49,855 bases of DNA from Chrysochromulina tobinii (lineage: Eukaryota), in contig JWZX01002898.1 of assembly GCA_001275005.1 (NCBI GenBank), positions 1 to 49,855 on the forward strand. Direction: 5' to 3'. Shown here in pieces: positions 35,231 to 47,554 of the stretch; positions within the stretch are counted from its first letter, which is position 1; each line of letters opens with the position of its first letter. The translations under genes were made by a program, and so were the position numbers. The notes beneath the pieces are model-generated. The model was not told the origin of the DNA and ran no database searches. It worked only from the letters and a program-made list of their open reading frames with translations.

Positions 35231-37273
35231 TCACTGTCCCGGCTCCTCCGGCGCCAGCTTGATCATGTCGTCGATGCGCAGCACGGTAATGGCGGCTTCG
35301 GTGGCGAATTGGATCATCTTCACCTTGGAGAGGGCGGGCTCGATGATGCCGGCCACCAAGTTGTTCTGCACCTTGCCCGAGATGCAGTCCATCCCGTAGT
35401 GTCTGTACTCCGTCTTGGTCGGATCGGTCTGCGACGTGTTGTGATAGGCGCGCAGCTTCGCCACCATGTCCGACGCGTCCTGCGCCGCATTCACGGAGAG
35501 CTGCTTCGGGATCACAAGCATGGCGGTGGCGAACTCGGCAATTGCGAGCTGCTCACGTGAGCCGAGCGACGTCGCAAAGTTCTCGAGGTGGATTGAGAGG
35601 GCCGACTCGACGCAGCCGCCGCCCGGCACGACGCTCGCGGACTCGAGCGCGCGCTTGATAGCGCACAGGGCGTCATGCAGCGAGCGCTCGACCTCGTCGA
35701 GCATGTGCATGTTGGCGCCGCGCAGCAGCACGGAGCACGCGTTCGTGCTCTGGCCACCCTTGATGATCAGGTGGTCATCGTCGGCGATCCGCTCCTCGAT
35801 CACCTCGTCCGCCGTGCCGAGCATCTCGGGGGTGAAGGACTCATTGCCCTCCATGTCGGCGAAGGTGATCATGAGCGTGCCGCCAGTGAGCTTGGCGATC
35901 CGCTTCAGGTCCTCCTTCTTCACGCGGCGCACGGCGAGCGCGCCCGCCTCCACAAAGTACTTGATCGCCATGTCGTCGATGCCCTTGGACGTTAGGATGA
36001 CGTTTGCGCCCGCGTTGAGCAGCAGCTGAATGCGGTCGCGGGTGATGTCCGACTCCTTCTGGCGAATGTCCTCGAGCTTCTTGGGGTCGGTCACCACGAC
36101 CGAGACGCCCATCTGCATCTTGGACTTGCGCAGGTCAATGTCGAGCAGCGCGATCTTGGCGTTCTTCACAGTGCGCGGCATGCCCTGGCCCGCCCGCCCG
36201 CCGTACATGACGTAACCGTTGAAGAGCTGCGAGTCCTTAAAGGACTTGCCGTGCTGCTTGATGATGCCGACCGACTTGATCGGGTAGACGGTCTTGCCGG
36301 TCTCGGGGTTGATGGTCTTGATGGCGGACATCGCGTCGATCGCCAGGTTGGCGAAGAACTCGGACTGCTGCCCGAAGATCTTCGATGACAGCGTCGTCTT
36401 CGCGATGTTCAGCGCCACGTCACGGCCGAGCTTGTCCGTCTTGACCGCCAGATTCTCCTTGATGAACTTGATCGACTCCTTCATGGCGAGGCGGTAGCCC
36501 GACATGATCGAGGTCGGGTGGATCGAGTTCTTGACCAGCTCGTTGGCGCGCTTGAGCAGCTCCGCGGCCACGATCACGACCGAGGTGGTGCCGTCGCCCA
36601 CCTCCTTGTCCTGAATCTCGGACAGCTGCACAAGCACACGCGCCGCCGGGTGCTCCACCTCGAGGTTGGCCAGGATGGTGGCGCCATCGTTGGTGATGGT
36701 GACCTCGCCGAGGTCATCCACGAGCATCTTGTCCAAACCGATCGGGCCGAGTGAAGTCTTGACGACGTTGGCGACCGAGAGTGCGGCCGTCACTGCGGTG
36801 GGCGTGGCCGAGAGTGCGGGCGCGTGTCAGCGAGAGCGGTCGCAGACGGTCGGAGGTGGGCGGCAGGCCGGGCGACGCCCGGGCTGACGCAGGCCATGCC
36901 ATGCGCTGCGGTGGCCAGCAGCCCAATAGTGCGTTCGCTGAGCTCGCAGCCAGCGCTGCATGCGCAGCTGCACTGGCAGGCCGGCGTCGCTGCGGCTCAA
37001 ACGCGCGCTTGCAGCGAGCTCCAGATGGCATCGGCGTACCATTCTGCGTGCGGATCTCCTGGCCAGAGGTGCGCTCGCCCTGCCACACAGCACAGCACAC
37101 AGCGTGGCGGCGGTCAGGGCGGGCTCAGCAAGGCGTTGACGCGACCCATGCCGCTCGCCGTGCCACCGGGCTGCAGCGTCTCTCCGCTTAGCGAGACGCG
37201 ACGCGGAGCAGCAGCGCACATTGAGGTACAGCTGGTCCTTGTGGCCAGGCGGGGCGTTCGGAGCACCCATCAT
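35231..37273 (-). CDS. TCP1: T-complex protein 1 subunit alpha (CCT1); 3 exons
   Basis: [57 protein letters not shown]. Exons 37273-37220, 37079-37040 ([13 protein letters not shown]), 36792-35231 splice in frame. Confidence 0.97.
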
Positions 37274-37565
37274 GTTGGCTGTCGCGAACTGCAGTGCAAT
37301 AGCCAAAGTGTGTTCGGCGAGGGGTCAGCGCTGTGCCGTTGGATATTGCAGCTTCACACGATCGTGTTGCGAATTCACAGCTGTCGCGCCGCAACTGTGT
37401 TGCTGCATCGCAAGACCACAGATGTTGCTCAACCACTCCCCACTCCCCCATAGGCAGGCAGTGGGCTTTTCACCGCCTCCCTGACGAAACACCAGCGCCC
37501 ACCCAGCTCGCCCTCGCCTCCTCGGAGTGATAGGCTTCCTGTTGGGTTGTCTGTTGTTTATGAAG

Positions 37566-37594
37566 TGACTTGACTTGACTTGACTTGACTTGAC
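37566..37594. repeat. (TGACT)n microsatellite in the TCP1/kinesin divergent intergenic region
   Basis: Directly visible, about 5-6 units. Confidence 0.9.
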
Positions 37595-37661
37595 AAGCGA
37601 AACCGTCATCCAAGTTTGACCCTCCCTGGGGTTGAGGACAGCCCTTTGGGCGGGCGCGGGA

Positions 37662-40277
37662 ATGGCGCCCAAGAAGACCTCTTCCGCCGCCAAGGACAAG
37701 GGGGAGGGGGAAGAAGGGGCCTCTCGTGTGCACGTCGTGGTGCGTATCCGCCCGCCCGTGCGCAAGGATGAAAAGTTCGGCGAGGGCTCCGAGGCATTGC
37801 AATACGACGCCGAGAAGAACATGCTGTTCCTGCTTGCCAAGGACGATACAGGCAAGGCGATTCCCAAGCAGTACGTGTTCGACAAGGTGCTGTGGAAGGA
37901 CTCCGTACAGCAGGATGCGTGGGAGGCGGCCGGCCTCAGCGTGGTCAAGTCTGTCCTGCAGGGCTACACGGGCTGCGTCATGTGCTACGGCCAGACCGGC
38001 GCTGGGAAGACCTTCACACTGGCCAACGAGAAGCCAGGCCAGGAGGGTGTGATGATCCAGGCCTTCCACTACATTTTCAACACGCTGAAAGAGGAGCGCG
38101 AGCTAAAGTACGAGGTGCAGATCGCGTACCAGCAGGTCTACCTCGATGGCATCTCGGACTTGCTGCAGCCCAATACGCCGGTAGAGCTCCGCGAAGATCC
38201 CAAGGAGGGCGTGTACGTGTCGGGCGCCAAGTGGCAGGATTGCACGACGACGCAGGAGGCGATCGCGACGCTCCAAAAGGGCAACTCGAACCGCGCCACC
38301 TCGGCGACCAAGATGAACGCCGACTCATCCCGCTCACATGCGATCCTGATGCTCAAGGTGAAGTGCACTGGAGGCACGCGAACACTCAACGGCATGCTTT
38401 ACCTGGTCGATCTGGCGGGCTCCGAGCGGATCAAAAAGTCGGGCGTTGAGGGCGCGGGCCTCGACGAGGCCAAGGCCATCAACCAGTCGCTCACGACGCT
38501 CGGCCGCTGTATCGAGGTGCTCGCCTCGGGCAAAAAGGAGAAGCCGCCCTTTCGCGAGTCGAAGCTGACGCGGCTGCTCTCGAATGCAATCGGGGGCGGC
38601 GCGAAGACGACGCTGATCGTGTGCACGGCGCCCACGATGACCGACCAGTTCGAGACCACCAACACCCTCGACTTTGGGCAGCAGGCGATGAACGTCGTCG
38701 TGCGCGCCAAGGTGAACGCGTCGACCGACTACGGCTCATTGACCGCGTCGCTGCTCCAACAGCGTGACAAGAAGCAAAAGGCGATCCGTGAGCTTGAGGC
38801 CACGGTGCTGCGCGAGCTGGGGCCGAAGCTGGACGAGGTGTACGACCTCGAGGCCAAGTGCAAGGACAGCGCCATGCAAGTAGAACTCATGGAGGAGAAG
38901 GTCGATATGGAGAAGGACCGATGCGCCAAGGCCAAGGCGCTGGGCGAGACGGAGGCGGAGGCGGACCAGGCGAAGATGGTGCAGCTGCTCAACGAGCGCG
39001 CGAAGACGACCGAGGAGCTCGAGCGCGTGCTTCTGTCGCTCTCGACTGACCCCGAGATGAAACGGATACAGACCGAGCATGAGCAGGAGAAGGCGGACGT
39101 GACGAAACGCTCGATGCTGCTCCAGGAGCAGTTGCGCACAAGCGAGTCCGCAGAGCGGGCCGAGGGGCGGAAGGTGGAGGCGAAGCTGGATGGCGTGATC
39201 CACACGGCGCGCAACCTCGGCCAGATTGCCGTCTACTTTTTGCAGACGGGCGCGATGGAGGAGGCCGCCAACTTTTTCATGCGTGCCAAGGCCATTTTTG
39301 ACGATTGCCTTGGGACCGAGCACCCGCAGACGGTGCAGTGGCATGAGGATCTGTTCTTTTTGATCCATGCGCCCACGATCCAGGCGATGGTCAAGGACGC
39401 GCAGAGGACGATCGCGCCACCCGAGGGCTTCGATGCGAGCGCGCTGGACGCCATGGAGGACGAGGGCGGCATGCCCGCGCAGAATTGGTGGATGGGCAAC
39501 CTCTTTGACATGAACACGCGCACGGGCGACCGCGGCGACGAGGACGAGGACCTGTCCTCGCAGTGGTGGATGCAGAACTTGTATACGATGGGCAGCCACA
39601 GCTCGGGCCCGCGAGTGGACGACAGCGCCGAGGAGGCGAGCTACATGCATGTAATCTTTGGGACGCCACGCGGCGGCACGAACACCTCTCGTGGTGTGAA
39701 CACAGCTCGCGGGGGGCCTGCGTTCACGCCGCGCGGCACGCTGGTGGCACTCTCGCAGGCTGGTGGCAAGGCGGGCGCGGCTCTCTCGCTTGGGATGCCG
39801 CTCAAGCAGGCGGGCATCCCTGAGAATAGCGCCGCGGAGGATGCGGTCAACATGGGCTTTGCCAAGGATTGGGTCACACAGATCTTCGCGACGCCCCGCG
39901 GGCACGGCGGAGACGATGATGAGAAGTCGATGGCGTTGCGCGTGGCGGAGGCCGCTCAGTGGCTGCACGAGAACTTTGGGTTGGGCGGGGTCTCGGGTTC
40001 AGACACGGCGACGTCCAGCGGGAGCTCGATGGCAGGCACGCGCACCCCGCGCACCGCCGAGATGGAGAATGCGTATGCGGCGATGTCGCAGCTGTTCACA
40101 CCGCGGGGCAAGCAGGACACGTCGCTTCGCGGCCTGACTGTGAAGACGGATGACGCGGTGATGGCCGCCGCCATGAAGGCGGCGTTGTCAACACCGCGCC
40201 AATCGTCGCAGGTGGTCGACGATGCGCCGATGGCCGGTGCGGTGAACAAAATGTTTAAGGGCCGACAGGCGCTGTAG
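37662..40277 (+). CDS. Kinesin: N-terminal motor, coiled-coil stalk, TPR-like repeat, disordered tail; intronless
   Basis: VVVRIRP, P-loop GQTGAGKT, switch I NADSSRSH, switch II DLAGSE, PFRESKLTRLL; LGQIAVYF...AKAIFDDCLGTEHPQT resembles a kinesin-light-chain-type TPR. Confidence 0.95.
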   Translation: MAPKKTSSAAKDKGEGEEGASRVHVVVRIRPPVRKDEKFGEGSEALQYDAEKNMLFLLAKDDTGKAIPKQYVFDKVLWKDSVQQDAWEAAGLSVVKSVLQGYTGCVMCYGQTGAGKTFTLANEKPGQEGVMIQAFHYIFNTLKEERELKYEVQIAYQQVYLDGISDLLQPNTPVELREDPKEGVYVSGAKWQDCTTTQEAIATLQKGNSNRATSATKMNADSSRSHAILMLKVKCTGGTRTLNGMLYLVDLAGSERIKKSGVEGAGLDEAKAINQSLTTLGRCIEVLASGKKEKPPFRESKLTRLLSNAIGGGAKTTLIVCTAPTMTDQFETTNTLDFGQQAMNVVVRAKVNASTDYGSLTASLLQQRDKKQKAIRELEATVLRELGPKLDEVYDLEAKCKDSAMQVELMEEKVDMEKDRCAKAKALGETEAEADQAKMVQLLNERAKTTEELERVLLSLSTDPEMKRIQTEHEQEKADVTKRSMLLQEQLRTSESAERAEGRKVEAKLDGVIHTARNLGQIAVYFLQTGAMEEAANFFMRAKAIFDDCLGTEHPQTVQWHEDLFFLIHAPTIQAMVKDAQRTIAPPEGFDASALDAMEDEGGMPAQNWWMGNLFDMNTRTGDRGDEDEDLSSQWWMQNLYTMGSHSSGPRVDDSAEEASYMHVIFGTPRGGTNTSRGVNTARGGPAFTPRGTLVALSQAGGKAGAALSLGMPLKQAGIPENSAAEDAVNMGFAKDWVTQIFATPRGHGGDDDEKSMALRVAEAAQWLHENFGLGGVSGSDTATSSGSSMAGTRTPRTAEMENAYAAMSQLFTPRGKQDTSLRGLTVKTDDAVMAAAMKAALSTPRQSSQVVDDAPMAGAVNKMFKGRQAL

Positions 40278-40832
40278 TGGCGCTGTTGTGGGCGCTGTGG
40301 ATGTCCCCTTGATCATGTGGAGCATATGCAAGTGATGAGCCCCGCAATCGACGACGGACTTACGATGGCTAGAGACGAATATGTGCCGGCATCTGCGTGG
40401 ACTGTGGGGTTTCTGTGATGTGGGATGGGCAGTTGCCCGCAGTGAGTTTGTTGATGCGACACGACGATGCGTGGCTCGGCTTTCTGGTGTGAAGAGAGGC
40501 ACGACCTCTCTTGCCCGCGCGTCGTGGATGAGAGCGTCTGTGAAGAGAGGCGCGCGTCTGTGAAGAGAGGCGCGACGTGAGAGCGTGGTGCTGGCGTGTG
40601 GCTGTGCGGGGTGTGAGCGGCGGGTGTGTGGCATGCAAAATGCGAGGCCTCTACATGTGTGATGAGCATGTGAGTTGTGACCGGGGGAGTGGCCCAGAGT
40701 GCTCGATCTAGAAGTAGTACCAGAGACGGAAGATCTCCATGAACGCGTTTTCTTTTGACGTTTGAGACCGGTGGACCGGCGCGGTGTGAGCGATGCATCT
40801 CAACGCAATGGGACGCACGGCACCGAATTACT

Positions 40833-42782
40833 TCACCTCTTCGAAGGTTCGCCGCTCGCCCTCGAGATCAATGCACCCTCTGCATCTGCACCCAAGCGTG
40901 CCCACTCGCTCGCTGCCACTTGTCGAGCCATCTCCGGCGCCACAAAGACGTGGTCGTACGCCTGCTGAGCACAGGCCTTGCTGAAGCCCACGCGCGACTC
41001 GATCAGGCCCCGCGCCTCGCTCTCGCGCTGCAGATGGAAGCTTCGGAGCATGCGTGCCTCCTCGCGCTTCTTGGCAATCATCTTGGCGCGCTCGGCGGCC
41101 GCGTTGCGCCGTATAGCGTGCACCTCGGCCGACTTGGCACGCGCGTACTCGAGGGAGTCGCTCAGCCCATCACGGCGCGCCGCATCCCATTGCTGCACGC
41201 TCGCTTTGGTCGCCAGGCCCAACTCCATGCGCTGCATCGCTGCATACTCCTGCGCATCGACCGCCTCTGTGGTGAGCCCCGGTCGGTCGAGTTGGCTCGA
41301 GGCTCGCGCCCTCTGGTTCTCTTTGCGAACCTTGGCTGCGGCGGCGCGGCGCGTGCCTTCGACTCTGTGCATGACCGCCCGTGCCTCGGCCGTCTCTGCG
41401 CAGCGACGCACCTGCGTGATGAGGGATGCGACCCTCATTAGCATGCAATCATTAGCATGCAATCAGGCGACGCACCTTGAGCTCCATAGCATGTCATCGT
41501 TAGCATGCAATCATTAGCATGCACTCAGGCGACGCACCTTGAGCTCCAGTGCCGCCTGAGCGCGTCGCTGCATCGCCTCCCGCTGCGCCTCGACGGTTCG
41601 GTGACGCTGCAACCTCCCGTGGACCTCGTGCGATTCTCGCTGATGCACGAGGAACTCCAGATGCTGACGCTCGCGCTGCCGTCGTTGCTCGTCGCGCTGC
41701 TGGCGTGTCTCGGAGCCGAGTCGTGCGGCGCTCGCGTGCACCTCGTGCACCGCGAGTGCGGCCTTGCTGGTGCATCGGACCACGCCAAGGCTAACGCCAA
41801 GGGTGCCCAGAACCGAAGCCACAACCATTGTGGACGGCGTGCTAGCAAGGGGCTGGGAGGTGCTAGCATGGCTTTCGACATTCGCCCTGGCGGATCGCTC
41901 TCGAGATCGCTCTCGAGATCGCTCGGCCTCGCGCCGCCAGGTCAACTTGTTTGCTCGCAGCTGGGCCGCGCCCTGTCGGTTGTGGTCGACCACGCAGAAG
42001 CGCGCGAAACGAGTCGCTGAGCATGAAGCCTCCACGTCCCCCAGGGCGACAAGGGGCCCCGCCTCATGGGCCCGATCCTTCGCAATGGGGAGCTCGGGCG
42101 GCAAGCAACGCGCGGCAGCCCGAGACCGAGAGGCTTTGAGCGCGGCAGCGGCAGCAAGCATTCCAGCGTCGGCCCTCTGACGAACCTCGTGCGCCTTGAG
42201 CGCGGCCGCAATGACTCGCCGGGCCACTCGGACCGCCTCCCGCTGCGCCTCGTCGGCCGCCTCTGCCCGTGCGGCGTCTCGACGCGCAGCGCGACGCTCG
42301 GCGTCACGGTCAACATGAGCCAGGACTTGTCCGACTGTACAGCCCTCAGTGTAGAGCTCGTCGTCATCGTGCTCGATGTCATCGGCGTATGCGCGCTCGA
42401 GTTGCTCCGTGATCCGAGCACACTCCTGCTGCCACTCGTCAGGGTCGGTGATTCGTTGCGACAAGTCCAGATGCCCCAGCCTCTCAAATGCAGCAGACCG
42501 CTTGGCAGCCGGGTTGGCCGCCTCCTTGGCCAGCAACCGCATGCGCAGCGAGAGGCGGTTCTCTGCTGGTGCACTGGCCGTGGGGCGCACTTCCGGGATC
42601 GTGTGCCTAGCTGCAACACCGTACTCTGCGCCCGAATACAGAGACAGCACAAGCGGCAGCACCAATGGCGGTACAATTGGAGGTGGCGAACGCGGCGCCA
42701 CTACATGTAGCGGCTCGACGTCAGTGCCAATCGAGAGGTTGTCGACCGCGAACATGTCGACCACGTCGTCCATGCTATCCAT
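40833..42782 (-). CDS. Uncharacterised protein with charged helical regions; 2 exons; start uncertain
   Basis: ORFs 41514-42917 and 40833-41462 join in frame (LELK-VRRC) through intron 41537-41412; first in-frame ATG at 42782. Confidence 0.6.
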
Positions 42783-43021
42783 GCGGGTCCAAAAGCCCTG
42801 TAGCAAGGGATGTCCGTTTTCGCTATGAATACTGGACCGTTTTCGTGCATCTGCATGCAAACGATCTTCCTTCTCACAGTCTAAATCATCGCACACAGGT
42901 TTGAGCGTTAAGTCCACACAGTACAGCGGCGCTAAGGCAAGCGCGTCCCCGGAAATTCGCTACTCAAAGGTTTCACAAACTGATTCACAAGGAAAAAGGT
43001 CAGCCGAGACGCGTCGTCCTT

Positions 43022-44179
43022 ATGGAGCCCGCTATCGGCGCTCTCAAGAGGCCGCTCGACGAAGGCGGAAGCTTTATCGACGTACCGCCTCCGAAGCGTG
43101 CGGCCGATGGTGCACAGGGCGGGGCGCCAGATGCGCAAGGCAGCGCAAGCAACTCGATGGCGGCAAACTCCGTGGCCGCCGCGAGCACAAGCCTGGAGAA
43201 GAGTCATGGCAAATCCAAGGGCAAAGCGAAAGCCGCGGCAGCGGTGCAGCCACCGCCCGCGACCACCGCAAGCAAAGATCAGGAAACGAGCGCCAAGGCA
43301 GGCAAGCGCAAGTCGCCCAGTGGCGAAGCGGCCGCTGGCCCATCCACGGCCGCGCCCGCGCCGCCGCCTGCCAGATCGCGAGGCAAGGGCTCGCTTGGCA
43401 AGGGCGTGGCAGACGAGGCCGCGGTGGCCATGATCGGAGGCGGAGGCGGCAAGGCCGTGGCCGAAAAGCCGCCTCCGATCACGGAAGCGGCGGCTTTGGC
43501 CGCGAGCGCAGCGTTGGCGGGCAGCTGCGCGCGGCGGCTGACGCGTGGCGTCGTCCCTGCGCTCAAGGCTGAGCTCGTGAACCAGATGGCGTCGGCCCCG
43601 ACGGCGCCGATGGAGGGATGGCACCAGAAGGATGGTGATGACGACAGCATGGCGCACATCACGACATGGGAGGGCTGGGAGAGCCGACTAAAGGAGGAGC
43701 GCGTGCCCTCGTACGTCCTCGAGGAGCTGTGGAACCTCATCCGATCTCTCGTCGACGAGATCAGCCAGCAAGCGATGCAGCCCCCGGCGATGGCACGCAC
43801 GCTCGGATTGCCCGACATGGCGCTCGAGCTGCCCGGCACGGCGCCGTCCTCCTCCGCCTCGGCACCAGCGGCGCCGGCGGCGCCCGGCACGGCGCCCGGC
43901 ACGGCGTCAAATGCGCCCGCCACGGCGCCCGGCGGCTTCGGCACCGCGCCCGGCACGGCGCCCGACGCTCCATCGGCAGCCCCTGGGTGGAAGGATGGCG
44001 TCGTCGCGGGCGCGAGGGCTCCCGAGCCCACCGCTGCCCCTTGTGCGGCGCAATCAGTCGCAATCAGTCGCAATCAGTCGCAATCTGCCCCTTGTGCAGC
44101 GCCGCCCGTCTCGGCGCCGCAGCTCGCAGCCGCAGCACTACCACATGTACCACCACCACCAGCAGCAGTACTACCAGCA

Positions 44180-44219
<40 letters not shown>

Positions 44220-47200
44220 CGGTGGCCGCACCTTGCGAGCCGTCGCACTGCGCGTCCGCTATGGGCATGGCTTTCGAGCAGTGCATGCAACCGTCGCAGT
44301 GCATGCAACCGTCCGCTATGGGCATGGCTTTCGAGCAGTGCATGCAGTGCGACGGTTGCATGCACTGCGCGAAGCATCGAGTGCATGCAGCCGCTACGGG
44401 CACGGCCTTCGAGCGCAGCGCCAACGGGCAAGCGAGTAACGGCTGCATGCAACCTGCCGGTACCGAGGGCGCCAACGGCGGCGTGCGGCTGCCCCCTGGC
44501 TGCATGCAACCGGACGCGTACGACCTGAGCGAGCGCCTCCGCCGGTTGCTGCCCTTAGCTAAGAAGCCGCTCTCGTTCGGGCAGCTGTATTACCTTCTAC
44601 TCGGCACCCTCGTCGGCTATAAGAATCGTGTGATGCCTCGTACGATCGTGCCAGAGGGCCCATTGACGAAGCAGGCCCTCATCTCCGCCAATCTCGCCCA
44701 CCATGCCTACTCGCTGGGCGCGACAGTGCACAAGAGGCTTGATGAAGCCTTCCTAGAGCAGGTGCGCTGATGGCCTCTGATGGCCACTGATGGCCACTGA
44801 TGGCCTCTGATGGCCACTGATGGCCTCTGATGACCTCTGATGACCACTGATGACCTCTGATGGCCTCTGATGACCTCTGATGACCACTGGCTCACCTTGC
44901 CTAATCTGGCCACTGGCTCACCTTGCCTAATATGGCTCCCCTTGCCCCTTGCCCCGACCCGACCCGAGCAGTGTGCGCGTACCGCCCGAGCTTTGCGACT
45001 CGACCATCCCGTGAGCGGCGGCGCCATCCCCCTTCGGAAAGCACTCAAGGCTGTGCTCGAGACGGCGCCTTTCTCGCAGTACGAGGTGATGACGAAGCAG
45101 GCGTACAACCTGCTCATCGGCCAAAAGAAGCTGTGGGTGAGCGGCGAGCGTGAGCAGCTGCTACAGACCCTGTGCACACGGGATGGGCGCACTTGGATCA
45201 CACTCGACTTCTTCGTCCAGGTGCGATCGCCCCTGATTGCCCTATGATTACCCTCTGATTACCCTCTGATTAGCCTCTGATTGCCCACTGATGGGCACTG
45301 ATCTGAGCGCCGCTGATCACGCTCGAATGCATCGTGCGCAGCACACGTCGTGCAACGCGTCAGAGACATACGTGCTCGTGCACGCCCCCACGCGGAAGAT
45401 CGTGGGGCTTGCAGCCGTCTCCGACTTCCAGACGCCCTGGACGGCGGGCCAATTCCATCACATGGCGCATGCATGCCAGGAGGACCGCATGTTCTTCTTT
45501 GGGCGCAAGTCTGAAAAGGAGCTCACCCCCAAGGTACCATCCGACACTGATTGCCAAAGGAGCTGACCCCCAAGGTACCATCCGATTCTGATTGCCTCTG
45601 ACTTAAAAGGAGCTGACCCCCAAGGTACCATCCGATTCTGATTGCCTCTGACTTAAATGGAGCTGACCCCCAAGGTACCATCCGATTCTGATTGCCTCTG
45701 ACTGCTTCTGATTGCGTCTGAGTGCGTCCCTCATCAGGTCGCAATCGACCTGTCGGCCTCATTCGAGGGCGGCACGCGCTGGACAAGCCACTTCCACATG
45801 CCCACCCTCCTCTCGGTCGACATCATCTGCGTACAACCGGGCGTTCGAGGGCTAGCGCACTTGCTGCTCGCGCACATCTGCTGCCTCACCTCGTCCTTCA
45901 CCGCCGACCGCACCCATTGGCTCTTCGACATCTCCGGGCGCGAGAGCAACCTTCGCATGGTCCGCTTCACGCAAGGGATCGGTGCGTCGCACATGCAGAC
46001 CTTTGATGGCCTTTTGATTGCCTTTTGTTGGTATGCAGACCTTTTGATGGGTACATGGTCCACTTCTGATTACCTTTTGATTACCTTTGGATTACCTTTT
46101 GATGGGTACACGCTCCACTTCACACAGGTGCGTCGCACATGCAGACCTTTGCCGACGAGGCTCGCTCCGAAGGGTACGTAGGCGTCGAGGGCGACGATCC
46201 GTCCATTTACTGGACGTACAAGACCGCCAACGGCTTCGGGAAGGACGACGGGAGCACCGCAGGCGTGTACGCGGTCGACGTGGAGCTCGGCAGGTGAGTG
46301 TCGTTCATGATTGCCTCTTGATGACCTCTTGAGTGCCTCTTGAGTGCCTCTTGAGTGCCTCTTGATTGCCTCTTGATTGCCTCTTGATTGCCTCTTGATT
46401 GCCTCTTGATTGCCTATCGATTGCCTCTTGATTGCCTCTTGATTGCCTATTGATTGCCTCTTCTGAGTGCCTCTGATTCCTCACGCGGTCGATGTGGACC
46501 ATGTCGGCAGTACCATCGGCACCGAACACCCGGCCGTGCTCTTCAATGACCGCGTGACCCAGAGCGACTTTTTGCGAGGGGGCAAGAACTGCTCGTACTT
46601 TGCAGTCGCGCCACTCGAGGTGTCGAGGACGAAGCTCACCCAGCAGCTCGAGCAGCTCCGCGCCCAGGTGTGTGTCGTTCATTGCTGCCTCTTGATTGCC
46701 TCTTGATTGCCTCTTGATTGCCTCTTGATTGCCTCTTGATTGCCTCTTGATTGCCTCTTGATTGCCTCTTGATTGCCTCTTGATTGCCTCGAGCACGAAG
46801 CTCACCCAGCAGCTTGGGCAGCTCCGTGACCAGGTGCTTGGGACGGCGCTCGGATGCGCCCACTGATTGCATGCACGCGCTCACAACGGCGCCCCACCCC
46901 TCTTCCCCACAGGTGCTCGCCGAAGAGCTCGAGGCGGCGCTCGAGATCAAAGCTCGCGAGCTGGGGGCCACCGAAGCGCTCGCAGCCGCTGCCGCTGCGC
47001 TCGAGCGCCGCCTCGAGCACCCGAGACTCCCGTGGCAACACGCCCAATACGGCGCCGCGGGCGCGCCCGATGCGGCGCTCGATGTGGACCCGAGCATGTT
47101 GAACTCGCTGCTCGCCTCCCCCGAGATCTCCCCCGAGATCGACTCCTCGCCGAAGCCGCCGCTACCGCCACTCAAGGGCGTCCTGCCTCCTTGCATGCAA

Positions 47201-47305
47201 ACGCTCACAACGGCGCCGCACCCCACTGAGAGCGACCTGCCGCCCGTGGCGAGGGCAGCGCCTAGCGTGACGGCGCCACACTCGACGAAGCTTGACGAGG
47301 CTTGA
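43022..47305 (+). CDS. Large protein with low-complexity N-terminus and a probable GNAT-fold acetyltransferase domain; 7 exons
   Basis: Introns 44762-44971, 45221-45341, 45534-45737, 45982-46127, 46294-46510, 46668-46912 give a continuous frame. YVLV..KIVGLAAV, LSVDIICVQPGVRGLAHLLL (motif A-like), NLRMVRFTQGIG (motif B-like). Confidence 0.65.
44768..44890 (+). repeat. Intronic (TGATGRCCWC)n 10-mer satellite
   Basis: About 12 tandem units, directly visible. Confidence 0.97.
45516..45702 (+). repeat. Four tandem copies of the exon-3 end plus 5' splice site (GGAGCT(C/G)ACCCCCAAG|GTACCATCCGA)
   Basis: Copies start near 45518, 45559, 45609, 45659. Confidence 0.95.
46308..46790 (+). repeat. Two intronic (GATTGCCTCTT)n 11-mer satellites (~46308-46462 and ~46686-46790)
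   Basis: Directly visible; same unit in two neighbouring introns. Confidence 0.97.
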
Positions 47306-47554
47306 CGATGCTTTTCACCACCTGCATGAACCTTCCACACCGTTCACCGCCCCTTTAGCCATTCAATGGAGATCCGTAGACCAGTGAAAGGCCTTTCCGA
47401 GGGCTAGTATTCCTTTCAGTTACAGAAAATATTGGGATTCGGGGCGTTGTGTTGAACACTCGCCAATCTCTCGCATGGAATTCACCTTGCCGAAGGCGAA
47501 GGCGAGCGCCCGGCCAGCCTCGACGCGCCTGAGCTTGTGAGGCGACGAGGTGGC

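Noticed and set aside
45516..45702. CRISPR-like appearance of 40-60 nt repeats (also 24715-24925)
   Set aside because: The inter-repeat segments are near-identical rather than unique spacers, the repeats are splice-junction copies, the context is eukaryotic and no cas genes are present.
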